A stretch of 64,000 bases of DNA from an uncultured virus (IMG/VR IMGVR_UViG_3300025102_000017) (Duplodnaviria; Heunggongvirae; Uroviricota; Caudoviricetes): IMG/VR virus record IMGVR_UViG_3300025102_000017, one strand, 5' to 3'. Position numbers and translations under genes: made by a program. A model generated the notes under the pieces. That model ran no database searches. It had not been told where the DNA came from and saw only the letters and a program-made list of their open reading frames with translations. Positions 1-8,435 of the stretch are shown piece by piece (positions within the stretch are counted from its first letter, which is position 1; every line of letters begins with the position of its first letter).

Positions 1-110
1 TTATTATTGAGTTGTGACCATTCTTTTTTAGATTGACCATGAACATATCCGGCAGTTCTGCCTTCTGCCCATCTACCACCAACAACCAATAATGTATCAG
101 AGATCGCCAA
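1..110 (-). CDS. N-terminal part (runs off the window) of a probable degenerate SGNH-like paralog
   Basis: Manual translation from TTG at 110 with upstream GAGGGA: MAISDTLLVVGGRWAEGRTAGYVHGQSKKEWSQLNN. It resembles the LLTLGCSWMEG N-termini of neighbouring paralogs but lacks the Ser. Confidence 0.4.
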   Translation of the reverse strand, partial: MAISDTLLVVGGRWAEGRTAGYVHGQSKKEWSQLNN

Positions 111-366
111 ATTTATCCCTCATGTCCTCACGTTGTTTTTTGAGGGAGTCAAGTGCACCATCAAGAAACCCTCTACGATATTCCCAAGTATCACCACCTG
201 ATTTACCTCTAGATGCATTGATGCATTTGCCGTAGTCTGGATCATCTGTTTGAATATTATTACAGACTAAACCAGCGAGATCTATATCTTTACCCGGTTT
301 ACCAGTACCCTGCCAGTAGAGTTGACCCTCCATCCAGGTAGCACCACATTTCTCACATTTTCTCAT
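97..366 (-). CDS. Small Cys-rich hypothetical phage protein (putative Zn-binding)
   Basis: 89 aa ORF with CEKC and two further Cys; late-promoter motif at 391-397 upstream. Confidence 0.7.
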   Translation of the reverse strand: MRKCEKCGATWMEGQLYWQGTGKPGKDIDLAGLVCNNIQTDDPDYGKCINASRGKSGGDTWEYRRGFLDGALDSLKKQREDMRDKFGDL

Positions 367-390
367 GGGGAGAACAGCAGTTGATCGAAT

Positions 391-397
391 TATTTAG
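391..397 (-). promoter_or_regulatory. T4-like late promoter (CTAAATA)
   Basis: Plus-strand tatttag in the intergenic gap, 25 nt before the ATG at 366. Confidence 0.55.
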
Positions 398-400
398 ATT

Positions 401-1036
401 CTAGCAATCAAAGTCCGTGTGTGCAATAATATACTCAGCAATAGTCTTATGCTGCAGTGCATTTGGATGACCTTGACCTGGTGTCTGGATAATCTTCAGG
501 ATATCCTTATAGATGCAATGCATCGTAGAGTCATCCATTAGGTTACGCCAATAACCAAGATCTGCTAGTGGATCGCAATCATTGAACAGTACAATGTAAG
601 GAACATTGTGTACCTTAGCAAACTGTTCAAATAACAATAAGTTCTTATACAGATTCTCCCCACCATGTGTCTTATTCCACACCCAACGGTAGTAGGAAGA
701 CATTGCTAGGGAGTGTGGGACTTTCTTCTTGTTACCAGAGCGAAAGTTGAAGTTAGAGTTATCTTGACGGAAGCGATAGGGGCAGAATAGATGTGGACCA
801 TCTTCTGCATAGTATTCAATGCGGGTAGGCACTGTGAGTTGCAAGACCGTAGGTTGAACACCATTAGTCTTGATCTCATGCAGTGCCCTATTTACGATGA
901 AGTCATTAGATGCACCACATTGGGATAGATCTGTAACTTCAGTCTTATAATGTTTAGAGACATGATGGATGAATCGCTCAGTCAGGCGATTCCTCAGTTC
1001 ATCACCCCATGTATAAGAACAACCCGCAAAGATCAT
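401..1036 (-). CDS. SGNH/GDSL-like hydrolase or acyltransferase
   Basis: GCSYTWG (block I), GASN (block II) and C-terminal GHPNALQH. Confidence 0.7.
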   Translation of the reverse strand: MIFAGCSYTWGDELRNRLTERFIHHVSKHYKTEVTDLSQCGASNDFIVNRALHEIKTNGVQPTVLQLTVPTRIEYYAEDGPHLFCPYRFRQDNSNFNFRSGNKKKVPHSLAMSSYYRWVWNKTHGGENLYKNLLLFEQFAKVHNVPYIVLFNDCDPLADLGYWRNLMDDSTMHCIYKDILKIIQTPGQGHPNALQHKTIAEYIIAHTDFDC

Positions 1037-1461
1037 GCCGAAAGATCAATCATTTTCTGTATGTATGTCCTAGCTTTCTGTAAGTCTGAGAGACGAGATT
1101 CGCCCACTTTCTTACCTGCTCGACTGACATATTTTACCACATTTCCAGCAAAGAAGTCAAGACCTTGATCTGCAACAAAGTCCCATACTTCAATCTTACC
1201 GGTATTGTAGTGCTCGGGATGACTGTAATTAGCACTCTTGGGTTGAGGACGCTTTTCAGGAATACTCATATCAAATGAAATAACATCTGCACCCTCAGCA
1301 CCGAAGATTATTCCATCCATAGGAACAGGTTGTGCTGCACCAAATGACTCACCTGTACCAATAGTGATGGAGTCAGTTACTTTTTCTTCTTTCATCTTGT
1401 TTCTTGAAGTTACGAAATCAAGAGGTAGTCCAAACTCATCGTCTGCGTGAATTTCGGCCAT
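1033..1461 (-). CDS. DUF3310-family protein with N-terminal extension
   Basis: C-terminal HPEHYNTGKIEVWDF...FFAGNVVKYVSRAGKK...DLQKARTYI is the typical DUF3310 pattern. Confidence 0.75.
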   Translation of the reverse strand: MAEIHADDEFGLPLDFVTSRNKMKEEKVTDSITIGTGESFGAAQPVPMDGIIFGAEGADVISFDMSIPEKRPQPKSANYSHPEHYNTGKIEVWDFVADQGLDFFAGNVVKYVSRAGKKVGESRLSDLQKARTYIQKMIDLSA

Positions 1462-1468
1462 AAGAATG

Positions 1469-2275
1469 TTATACTCCCTTATAGTTAGTATAACAGTTAT
1501 TCACTGCTGCGTCAAGGATGTCAGCGATTTGCTTATGTCCCTCTAGAGTTGGATGGAAGGAGTATGGGTTGACTATCTTCCTCTTTTTCAGATGTGAAAT
1601 ACGATCACAGTCTGCTTTCCAGTCAGAAAAGTGATACTTATCATCCTTTGGATTCCATCCATTATGATATGCCAATTGACTTAGTAAGTCATTATTGCAA
1701 GGATAAGGTAGTTTCACAAAGTTTCGGAAAGCATCTTTTTTGCGCCAATCAATTCCAGGGTAATTCAACGTATGAAACCATAGTTGAGGAACACCAAGCA
1801 ACTCAAAATAGTGCCGCCAATGACATATTTCACGGATCATGTGGTTTAGTTGAACTTTTTCATCAAAGTGTTGACGAAAGTATTCTTTTGGTCCAACCCA
1901 ATCAGGACCATGTAAGTTTGCTTTTGATCTTTGTGTTGGTTGAAATGACGAAAACCCTTTCGAGTGATTGAAAAACAACTCCATTCTGTAGATAGAAGTT
2001 ATTCCCCACAGGACAATAGTATCATCTAAAGTATTTTTCCGTAAGTATGTTAGCACTCTACGGAACATCGAACCATTAGATGCACCACCCTTACCCAGAT
2101 TGACATTTTCAAAACCATACTTCTTTGAGAGAATAGTTCTGAAAGAGTATTTTGCCATCAACTCTCGGTTATGTGAAACATCGCTATACAATTGGGATGT
2201 CTTATGAACGTTCGGAACGTACATAGCCCCGACACCTTCCATCCAACTGCACCCCAAAGTCAGTAACTTAGTCAT
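1469..2275 (-). CDS. SGNH-like protein, tandem paralog 1
   Basis: LLTLGCSWMEG, GGASN, VLWGITSIYR and NPYSFHPTLEGH. Confidence 0.75.
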   Translation of the reverse strand: MTKLLTLGCSWMEGVGAMYVPNVHKTSQLYSDVSHNRELMAKYSFRTILSKKYGFENVNLGKGGASNGSMFRRVLTYLRKNTLDDTIVLWGITSIYRMELFFNHSKGFSSFQPTQRSKANLHGPDWVGPKEYFRQHFDEKVQLNHMIREICHWRHYFELLGVPQLWFHTLNYPGIDWRKKDAFRNFVKLPYPCNNDLLSQLAYHNGWNPKDDKYHFSDWKADCDRISHLKKRKIVNPYSFHPTLEGHKQIADILDAAVNNCYTNYKGV

Positions 2276-3143
2276 CGTAATTACTCACTTGGTATGATTT
2301 ATGCCACAAAGTTTTGTATAAACTGGGATTTGGGTTGTTACTTTTGTGTCTATTATAATACTTTTCAAAGATTGGGTCAAGGATCTCCGCAATTTGCTCA
2401 TGACCCTGGCGTGTTGGGTGGAAAGAGTATGGATTTACAACTCCCTTTTGCTCTAATAGTTTTATTCTATCACAATCTGCTCTCCAATCTGAAGAATGAT
2501 ACTTGTCATCTACTGGATCCCACCCATTCTTGTATGCTAATTGACTAAGTAAATCCTTATTGCAAGGGTAGGGCATCTCACAAAATGGTTTATGGAGTGA
2601 GTGTCCTCTGTATTCTGCGTAAGTTATAGTATTCAAAGTGTCAAACCACATCTGTTCACAACCTGCTAACTCAAAATGTTTCTGCCAATGGCAAATATCT
2701 GATGTCAACAGGGATATTGCCATCTCCTCATCAAAGTGTAAATTGAAATGTTCCTTAGGACCGCACCAATTGCTGCGACCAGTCTTACGTAAATCTACTT
2801 TTTGGTTAGGTTGGAACGAATGATGTTTCTTAGTATCGGTAAAATACATTTCATCACGATAGATTGACGTGATTCCCCACATGACAATAGTGTCATTCAG
2901 GTCATTAGCAAGCAAATACCTCTTTAGTTTACGTGCTTGAGAGTTATTTGCTGCTCCACCTGCACTAATATCAACATGATCTAGTTTATATTTCTTGCAC
3001 AACAACGTCGTAAAAGAATATTTGCGTTGTTCGTTGTCAAAACTAAACTTACGATACTCATCTCTTGTGTATTTTTTGGTGTTGTCGTAGGAAGCACCGA
3101 TTCCCTTTACCCAACTACACCCTAATGTTAGCAATCTCGTCAT
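2268..3143 (-). CDS. SGNH-like protein, tandem paralog 2
   Basis: LLTLGCSWVKG, GGAANN and NPYSFHPTRQGH; C-terminal half closely similar to 1469..2275. Confidence 0.75.
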   Translation of the reverse strand: MTRLLTLGCSWVKGIGASYDNTKKYTRDEYRKFSFDNEQRKYSFTTLLCKKYKLDHVDISAGGAANNSQARKLKRYLLANDLNDTIVMWGITSIYRDEMYFTDTKKHHSFQPNQKVDLRKTGRSNWCGPKEHFNLHFDEEMAISLLTSDICHWQKHFELAGCEQMWFDTLNTITYAEYRGHSLHKPFCEMPYPCNKDLLSQLAYKNGWDPVDDKYHSSDWRADCDRIKLLEQKGVVNPYSFHPTRQGHEQIAEILDPIFEKYYNRHKSNNPNPSLYKTLWHKSYQVSNYDD

Positions 3144-3903
3144 AAATTTTGTCAGCGAACCAGGCGTGGCAGGATTTTGTTGGATGATATGAGTATGGAT
3201 TTAGATCACCTTGCTTTACGAGGTAGGGAACTCTGCTGGAATCGCTGTCAGCGAACTGTGAAACGTGATATCCGTCTGCTTTAGGAGCATAACCACGGTC
3301 TGCACATCTCAATGATAGTAAATCCCGCTGAGGTTTGTCATCAAAAAGCATATTAGGACTCTTATAGTCATAATTGTGGTGGTTGAAAGTATCCAACCAG
3401 TAGTTTTTGATCCCAGCAAGAGCAAAAAACTTGTCCCAGAACCTTATTTGTTGCGATAAGAGGATAACTTTTTGCTCATGATTGTAGTGATGGGTTATAT
3501 GTTCCTTGACATTGAATTGTGCACGCTCTTTCATAGCGTCTTTACCCCATCCATTACCAAATAGAACGTTTACATAGTCCTGTTTTGAGTTATACCACAC
3601 TTCTGTGCGTGGTGTAACTGTCAATGCCCATATGACAGTGGTATTTTGACACTTCTGTTTCGACAAATCTCCAAAATATTTCGTCGCCATACGGAATTGC
3701 CTCTCATTTGAGGATCCCATTACCGCAAAATTCTTATTTTCCATCCCCCAACGTTCAGCAAGGATGCTTCTCCATGCATATTCTCTGGATACTTCTTTAT
3801 CGGTCATCTTACCGCTCTTGCGATAATCTATTTCAGTCATCCCTTCTTCGTAATGGAGACCAACTCCAAACGTCCAAGAGCATCCAAAGGTAACTAGCGT
3901 CAT
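3115..3903 (-). CDS. SGNH-like protein, tandem paralog 3
   Basis: LVTFGCSWTFG, GSSN and NPYSYHPTKSCH. Confidence 0.75.
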   Translation of the reverse strand: MTLVTFGCSWTFGVGLHYEEGMTEIDYRKSGKMTDKEVSREYAWRSILAERWGMENKNFAVMGSSNERQFRMATKYFGDLSKQKCQNTTVIWALTVTPRTEVWYNSKQDYVNVLFGNGWGKDAMKERAQFNVKEHITHHYNHEQKVILLSQQIRFWDKFFALAGIKNYWLDTFNHHNYDYKSPNMLFDDKPQRDLLSLRCADRGYAPKADGYHVSQFADSDSSRVPYLVKQGDLNPYSYHPTKSCHAWFADKIYDEIANIRV

Positions 3904-3945
3904 TCTGTGATATAACGAGGAGGTAGTAATCGTGGTATCCTGCCG

Positions 3946-3952
3946 TATTTAT
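3946..3952 (-). promoter_or_regulatory. Late promoter (ATAAATA) for the SGNH operon
   Basis: Plus-strand tatttat in the 3904-4006 gap, upstream of the overlapping minus-strand SGNH genes. Confidence 0.55.
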
Positions 3953-4006
3953 CGCGACATAGTTTGGCGAATATGGTCAAAGTCATTACGGTGACTTGGT
4001 AGCACT

Positions 4007-4984
4007 CTATTTTCCCCATGAATCAGGCAACTCATCGAAAACAACCTTCCAATCCTTATAGAAGCGACCCATATACATTCCAGCAACGTTGATATCCTCT
4101 TCATCAAGGTCTTCAATGTCACTTGACCACTGATCTTTGAGGTAATCGTACTCAGGTGCATTACTTCCCATGTCTGGGACATAACAATTATGATGAATTT
4201 TGGTAATTTTGTAATTTAGGAAGTTAGAAAGACGCTCTAACTCTTCTTTTTCCTTATCTGGGTTCCAAAAATCTTCCATAACCATGGGATAAACGTTTTC
4301 TTTCCCAAATGCATCGCAAAATTTCAGGTAACCATCGGTATAATCGCAGTGATACGGCAAACGATCCTTTTTTAGGTTCCAGAAAAAGAGTTTTTTGTGC
4401 TTTTTTCTGGCAGCATAACGAGAAGCGACAAAATCGCCTCCAAATGCGTCCATAATTTCGAGTTCTCGCTGACAGACACTGCCAACTTCGGAAAAATAGC
4501 GCCGAACCGGGTCCCGGAACTGCATTGTGACCTTTACGTTGAAGTGATCACGAAGTTTTGGAGCAATTCCCAACAAAAATTCCCTGTCAAGACTAAAATT
4601 GGCGTTCGAGAAGTCGCAAACTGCCGCATATGTCTCTTTGACGTTTTCATAGTGACCTAAAAAGTATTCAATATACCCATCAATGTGTTTTGGAGTCTTT
4701 TGGAGAATCTCAGTTGACGTATTTTCGATAAAAAGGTTACTTCGGGACAAATATTTCCCAAAAGGATGCGTGGGTGGTCGTTTACCACCGTTGTATTGCG
4801 TACCTTCCCACAAGGTATCGAACATCCTCCAAGCGGATGGGGTATTTTGTTGCAAGCAGTTGAGGTACCAGTTCTCTTTCTTATGCCCCATGTGGGCATA
4901 CTGGTTCTCCATCGTCACTGTGTAATGAAATGGACTGGTAGCAGACCAACCTGTACCAGGGTTCAAAAGCAGAGTGGGCTTCAT
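4007..4984 (-). CDS. Sulfotransferase-like P-loop protein
   Basis: N-terminal GTGWSATS, HxxxKE, DFS and FRDPVRR (3'-PB-like R-D-P) motifs. Confidence 0.6.
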   Translation of the reverse strand: MKPTLLLNPGTGWSATSPFHYTVTMENQYAHMGHKKENWYLNCLQQNTPSAWRMFDTLWEGTQYNGGKRPPTHPFGKYLSRSNLFIENTSTEILQKTPKHIDGYIEYFLGHYENVKETYAAVCDFSNANFSLDREFLLGIAPKLRDHFNVKVTMQFRDPVRRYFSEVGSVCQRELEIMDAFGGDFVASRYAARKKHKKLFFWNLKKDRLPYHCDYTDGYLKFCDAFGKENVYPMVMEDFWNPDKEKEELERLSNFLNYKITKIHHNCYVPDMGSNAPEYDYLKDQWSSDIEDLDEEDINVAGMYMGRFYKDWKVVFDELPDSWGK

Positions 4985-5015
4985 GGTAAACTATATACGT
5001 CAGGGGGGAATTTTT

Positions 5016-5171
5016 ATGCCTTACGATGTCTATCTAGACAAGAAAATGATCTTTGAATCTATTTCAAAGGAACAAGCAGAAGAGATTCGCACTACCATGC
5101 AAAGAATGATCATGGCAGGAATCAATACTACTTATAAGGTCGAAGACATCAGAATTGAACCATGTGAATAA
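5016..5171 (+). CDS. Small hypothetical protein (51 aa)
   Basis: ATG at 5016 follows a G-rich SD; its stop overlaps the next ATG. The track start at 4974 overlaps the divergent gene and is unlikely. Confidence 0.6.
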   Translation: MPYDVYLDKKMIFESISKEQAEEIRTTMQRMIMAGINTTYKVEDIRIEPCE

Positions 5172-6061
5172 TGAAACCCACGTTATTTTTGAACGTAGGA
5201 ACGGGATGGTCCGGTACTACTCCATTATACTACACTTTGGGGTGGTATAACAAGTATTGTCATGCAGGTCACCGCAAAGAGAAGGGATATTTGTGGTTGC
5301 TTCAATTGCAGGAAGATAAAAACACTTTTGAGAGAGTAAAATTCTACAAGAAGTTTTTTGGACCGTCAAGGAAGTCAATAACAACGAGAAAACCAAAAAT
5401 TTTCACTCACGAATCTCCTTATGTTGCTGGAAAGTGGTCTGAGGAAGAAATTGAGTATTTTTGGGGTCCTCCGTTTGAATTGAAGAAATACGTTCAATAT
5501 TATCTCAAGCATTGGGATAATATCAAGGATGATTATAAGGCAGTTGCTGATTTTAGCAATCCTAATGGATATTGCTCTCCAGAATATCTACAATTCTTGG
5601 CATTTCACTTACAGAGTTATTTTGACGTAAAAATCCACATTATTTTTCGAGATCCTCTCCGTAGACTCTGGTCTTGTCGTCAGGCACAGAAAAGAGACAA
5701 ACCTGTCGAGCATTTTTTGAAGTGTGGCATGGATTTTGACTATGTGGACATGTATATCAAATGGGCAGCTGCTTTTGGAGAGGATGCCGTCCATATTACG
5801 ATCATGGAAGATTTTTGGGCAGGTGATACTGCTCCACTTTCTGATTTTATCGGTATGGAGATTGGAGATGTTCATCCAAACGCATATGTTCCAGATTTAG
5901 GTCCCTGTGCTCCACATATCCAATATTTGAATGACCAGTGGGAGTCTGATGTCATGCATCTACCAGATCATGCCCGTGAGAAGGCAGGAATCTTTTTAGA
6001 ACCATGTTATGAGCATTGGAAGCAGTATTTTGGGCACTTGCCAGAATCCTGGAGAAAGTGA
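5171..6061 (+). CDS. Sulfotransferase-like P-loop protein, paralog of 4007..4984
   Basis: MKPTLFLNVGTGWSGTTP, GHRKE, DFSN, FRDPLRR and YVPDLG motifs shared with 4007..4984. Confidence 0.6.
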   Translation: MKPTLFLNVGTGWSGTTPLYYTLGWYNKYCHAGHRKEKGYLWLLQLQEDKNTFERVKFYKKFFGPSRKSITTRKPKIFTHESPYVAGKWSEEEIEYFWGPPFELKKYVQYYLKHWDNIKDDYKAVADFSNPNGYCSPEYLQFLAFHLQSYFDVKIHIIFRDPLRRLWSCRQAQKRDKPVEHFLKCGMDFDYVDMYIKWAAAFGEDAVHITIMEDFWAGDTAPLSDFIGMEIGDVHPNAYVPDLGPCAPHIQYLNDQWESDVMHLPDHAREKAGIFLEPCYEHWKQYFGHLPESWRK

Positions 6062-6091
6062 TAACATACATAGTCTGCTGTCGAGGTAATT

Positions 6092-6223
6092 ATGCTCCGT
6101 CTTTGGTATTGGATCAAAGGTGAATACAATCTCTGGAAAATTCGCAAAATGGATCCGTTCATTTATGAGGTTGATGATATGGAGGAGGATCTAGATGACG
6201 ACGAAACAGAAGAGGTAGAATGA
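6092..6223 (+). CDS. Small protein (43 aa) with DPFIY motif and acidic tail
   Basis: Not in the ORF track. GAGGT SD; MLRLWYWIKGEYNLWKIRKMDPFIYEVDDMEEDLDDDETEEVE; ATGA overlap with the carbamoyltransferase. Confidence 0.65.
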   Translation: MLRLWYWIKGEYNLWKIRKMDPFIYEVDDMEEDLDDDETEEVE

Positions 6224-7599
6224 TTGGTTTTTCTGAAGGATTTCATGACGCTGGATTAGCAGTTGTTCATGAAAACAAGATTATCTTTGCTGCACACAGC
6301 GAAAGATATTCTAAGAAAAAACATGACAAGAAATTGTGCGGTGAACTTGCGTTTTACGGCAATTATCTCAACCCAAATGCTGACGTAGTTGCTTTTTACG
6401 AAAAGCAGTTCCCGAAACGTGTTCGGCAATTTTTTGCTGGACAAAAACACTGGCGTAGGCGGCGACATCTAGCATTACGCCCAACTATTAGTTTTCCTCA
6501 CCACCAATCGCATGCTGCGGCAGCATTTCAGACTTCATGCTTTGAAGAAGCAGCATGTGTCGTTGTAGATAGTATTGGTGAGTGGGATTGCAGTTCTGTA
6601 TGGACTGCAAAGATGGAAGATGGTAAAGCAGTCTATAAAAAGGTCTGGTCTCAGGCATATCCCAAGTCTATTGGTCTTTGGTACTCTGCATTGACAGGAT
6701 GGGCAGGTCTTCGCCCTTTAGATGAGGAATACATCTTCATGGGTATGGCAGCATTCGGAAAACCGAAGCATATCGATGAAGTTCGCCAACTTCTGTCACA
6801 AAACAACCATCGTGGTTGTCAACTTGACATTGAGAGCAAAGAAGACGTTGCTGCTAGTGCACAGGTTGTTCTGGAGACAGAATTGCATGCTATTTTTGAT
6901 ATAGCAATGCAGTACAGCAATAATATTTGTTATGGGGGTGGAGTTGCCCTAAATTGCGTTGCCAACACCAAACTCCGGGATAAGTGCAATCTATGGATCA
7001 TGCCTAATCCAGGAGATGCCGGTGGGGCACTTGGTGCTGCCTTATTGGCGTCTGGTAAGAAGGTTGAGTTCACTCCTTATACTGGTCACAGTATTTCTCG
7101 TAAAATCGACCCCAAAGAGGTTGTAGACGTTCTTTTGAGGGATGGTATCTGTGGTGTTGCAAATGGCAAGGCAGAATATGGTCCTCGTGCCCTAGGCAAC
7201 AGATCTTTGCTTGCAGACCCCCGAACCTTTGCAAATAAGGATCGAGTCAACGAAATCAAGAAGAGGCAGAAGTTCAGACCGTTTGCTCCGGCAATTCTGG
7301 AGGAATCTTGCCAAGATTACTTCTGGATGCCAGAACATTCCCGGTACATGTCTTATGTCTATCAATGTAAGCGTCCAGACGACATTCCTGCCTGCGTACA
7401 CGTCGATAATAGTGCAAGAGTGCAAACGGTACCGGAAACCAGTCCATCGGTCTTCAGGGCGATTCTAGAGGCGTGGGAAGAGCGCACAGGTTGCCCAGTG
7501 CTACTAAATACATCACTGAACATTCGTGGCATGCCAATGGTCAACGAATGGTCTGATGCATTAGATTTTTCAAACAAGTATAACGTGACTGTATTATGA
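6220..7599 (+). CDS. O-carbamoyltransferase (NodU/CmcH family)
   Basis: FHDAG, ERYSKKKHD, HHQSHAAAAF, GGVALNC, PGDAGGALG, EYGPRALGNRS, FRPFAP and LLNTSLN. Confidence 0.9.
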   Translation: MIGFSEGFHDAGLAVVHENKIIFAAHSERYSKKKHDKKLCGELAFYGNYLNPNADVVAFYEKQFPKRVRQFFAGQKHWRRRRHLALRPTISFPHHQSHAAAAFQTSCFEEAACVVVDSIGEWDCSSVWTAKMEDGKAVYKKVWSQAYPKSIGLWYSALTGWAGLRPLDEEYIFMGMAAFGKPKHIDEVRQLLSQNNHRGCQLDIESKEDVAASAQVVLETELHAIFDIAMQYSNNICYGGGVALNCVANTKLRDKCNLWIMPNPGDAGGALGAALLASGKKVEFTPYTGHSISRKIDPKEVVDVLLRDGICGVANGKAEYGPRALGNRSLLADPRTFANKDRVNEIKKRQKFRPFAPAILEESCQDYFWMPEHSRYMSYVYQCKRPDDIPACVHVDNSARVQTVPETSPSVFRAILEAWEERTGCPVLLNTSLNIRGMPMVNEWSDALDFSNKYNVTVL

Positions 7600-8435
7600 A
7601 AATCCTATTCTCCGGAGATTCCTTCTGCGAAGGCACCGAATTAGACGGTCTGGAGCATAGTCTTGAACTTAGAGACAAACTGAGGTACTCAAACGTAGTC
7701 AGTGAGTATGTCAATGACTTATATGGGTTGAATGTTACTTTTGACAATATTGGATACTCTGGTTACTCAAATGATCAGATTACCCGTGATACAGTCACTT
7801 GGTGTGAGAATAATGAAGCAGATCTCGTAGTTGTCGAGTTTTCTCATCCCCAGAGGTGGGCGTTCTATAGTGAAGAGCATGAACGCTGGTATAGCATGGA
7901 TCAGTACGAACATTTCCATGGTTGTCACCCAGATCACAAAGTAATTGGGATTTGTGAGTGGTGGGATAAGAATGTCAAGTCCCGGACCCAGTATATTGAA
8001 AATTTCTTCAAAAATGTGTTTCTTCTTGAAAGTTACTTTGAGAAGAAGGGTATTCCTTATATCTTCTTGCAATTAGAGGAATGGACTGAAACAGAACTCA
8101 AGTATTGTGTCAGTCCATGGATGGAGTTAGTCAAGAACCGCGATATCAAAGGTGTTACTCCATCTCAAGAAGAATTCGTTCCTAGGGACTACCATCCCGG
8201 AGAAACTAATGCTATCTGCCCATCATGGTGGATGAATGAAGAAGAATTGATTAGAGAGTACAGAACTCTTGATTTGCGGGATCGTAAGACTGAATTTGCC
8301 ACTGGTGATGAGGAAGACACTCACAGGTGGTTAGGGGGATGGCATCCTAGTGCAAATGGTCATATTGCTATCGCAAAATGGATTCTAAGTCAAATGATTG
8401 AACATCCAGGACTCAAGCACTTTTTTCCTAAGTGA
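7596..8435 (+). CDS. SGNH-like protein
   Basis: ILFSGDSFCEG, GYSN and GWHPSANGH. Confidence 0.7.
   Translation: MKILFSGDSFCEGTELDGLEHSLELRDKLRYSNVVSEYVNDLYGLNVTFDNIGYSGYSNDQITRDTVTWCENNEADLVVVEFSHPQRWAFYSEEHERWYSMDQYEHFHGCHPDHKVIGICEWWDKNVKSRTQYIENFFKNVFLLESYFEKKGIPYIFLQLEEWTETELKYCVSPWMELVKNRDIKGVTPSQEEFVPRDYHPGETNAICPSWWMNEEELIREYRTLDLRDRKTEFATGDEEDTHRWLGGWHPSANGHIAIAKWILSQMIEHPGLKHFFPK

Noticed and set aside
3916..3994. Plus-strand GAGGAGGT SD with a short GTG-started ORF
   Set aside because: About 20 codons, antisense to the operon leader, no other support.
7504..7510. Internal CTAAATA late promoter
   Set aside because: Falls in the conserved LLNTS codons of the carbamoyltransferase, so it is explicable by coding constraint.
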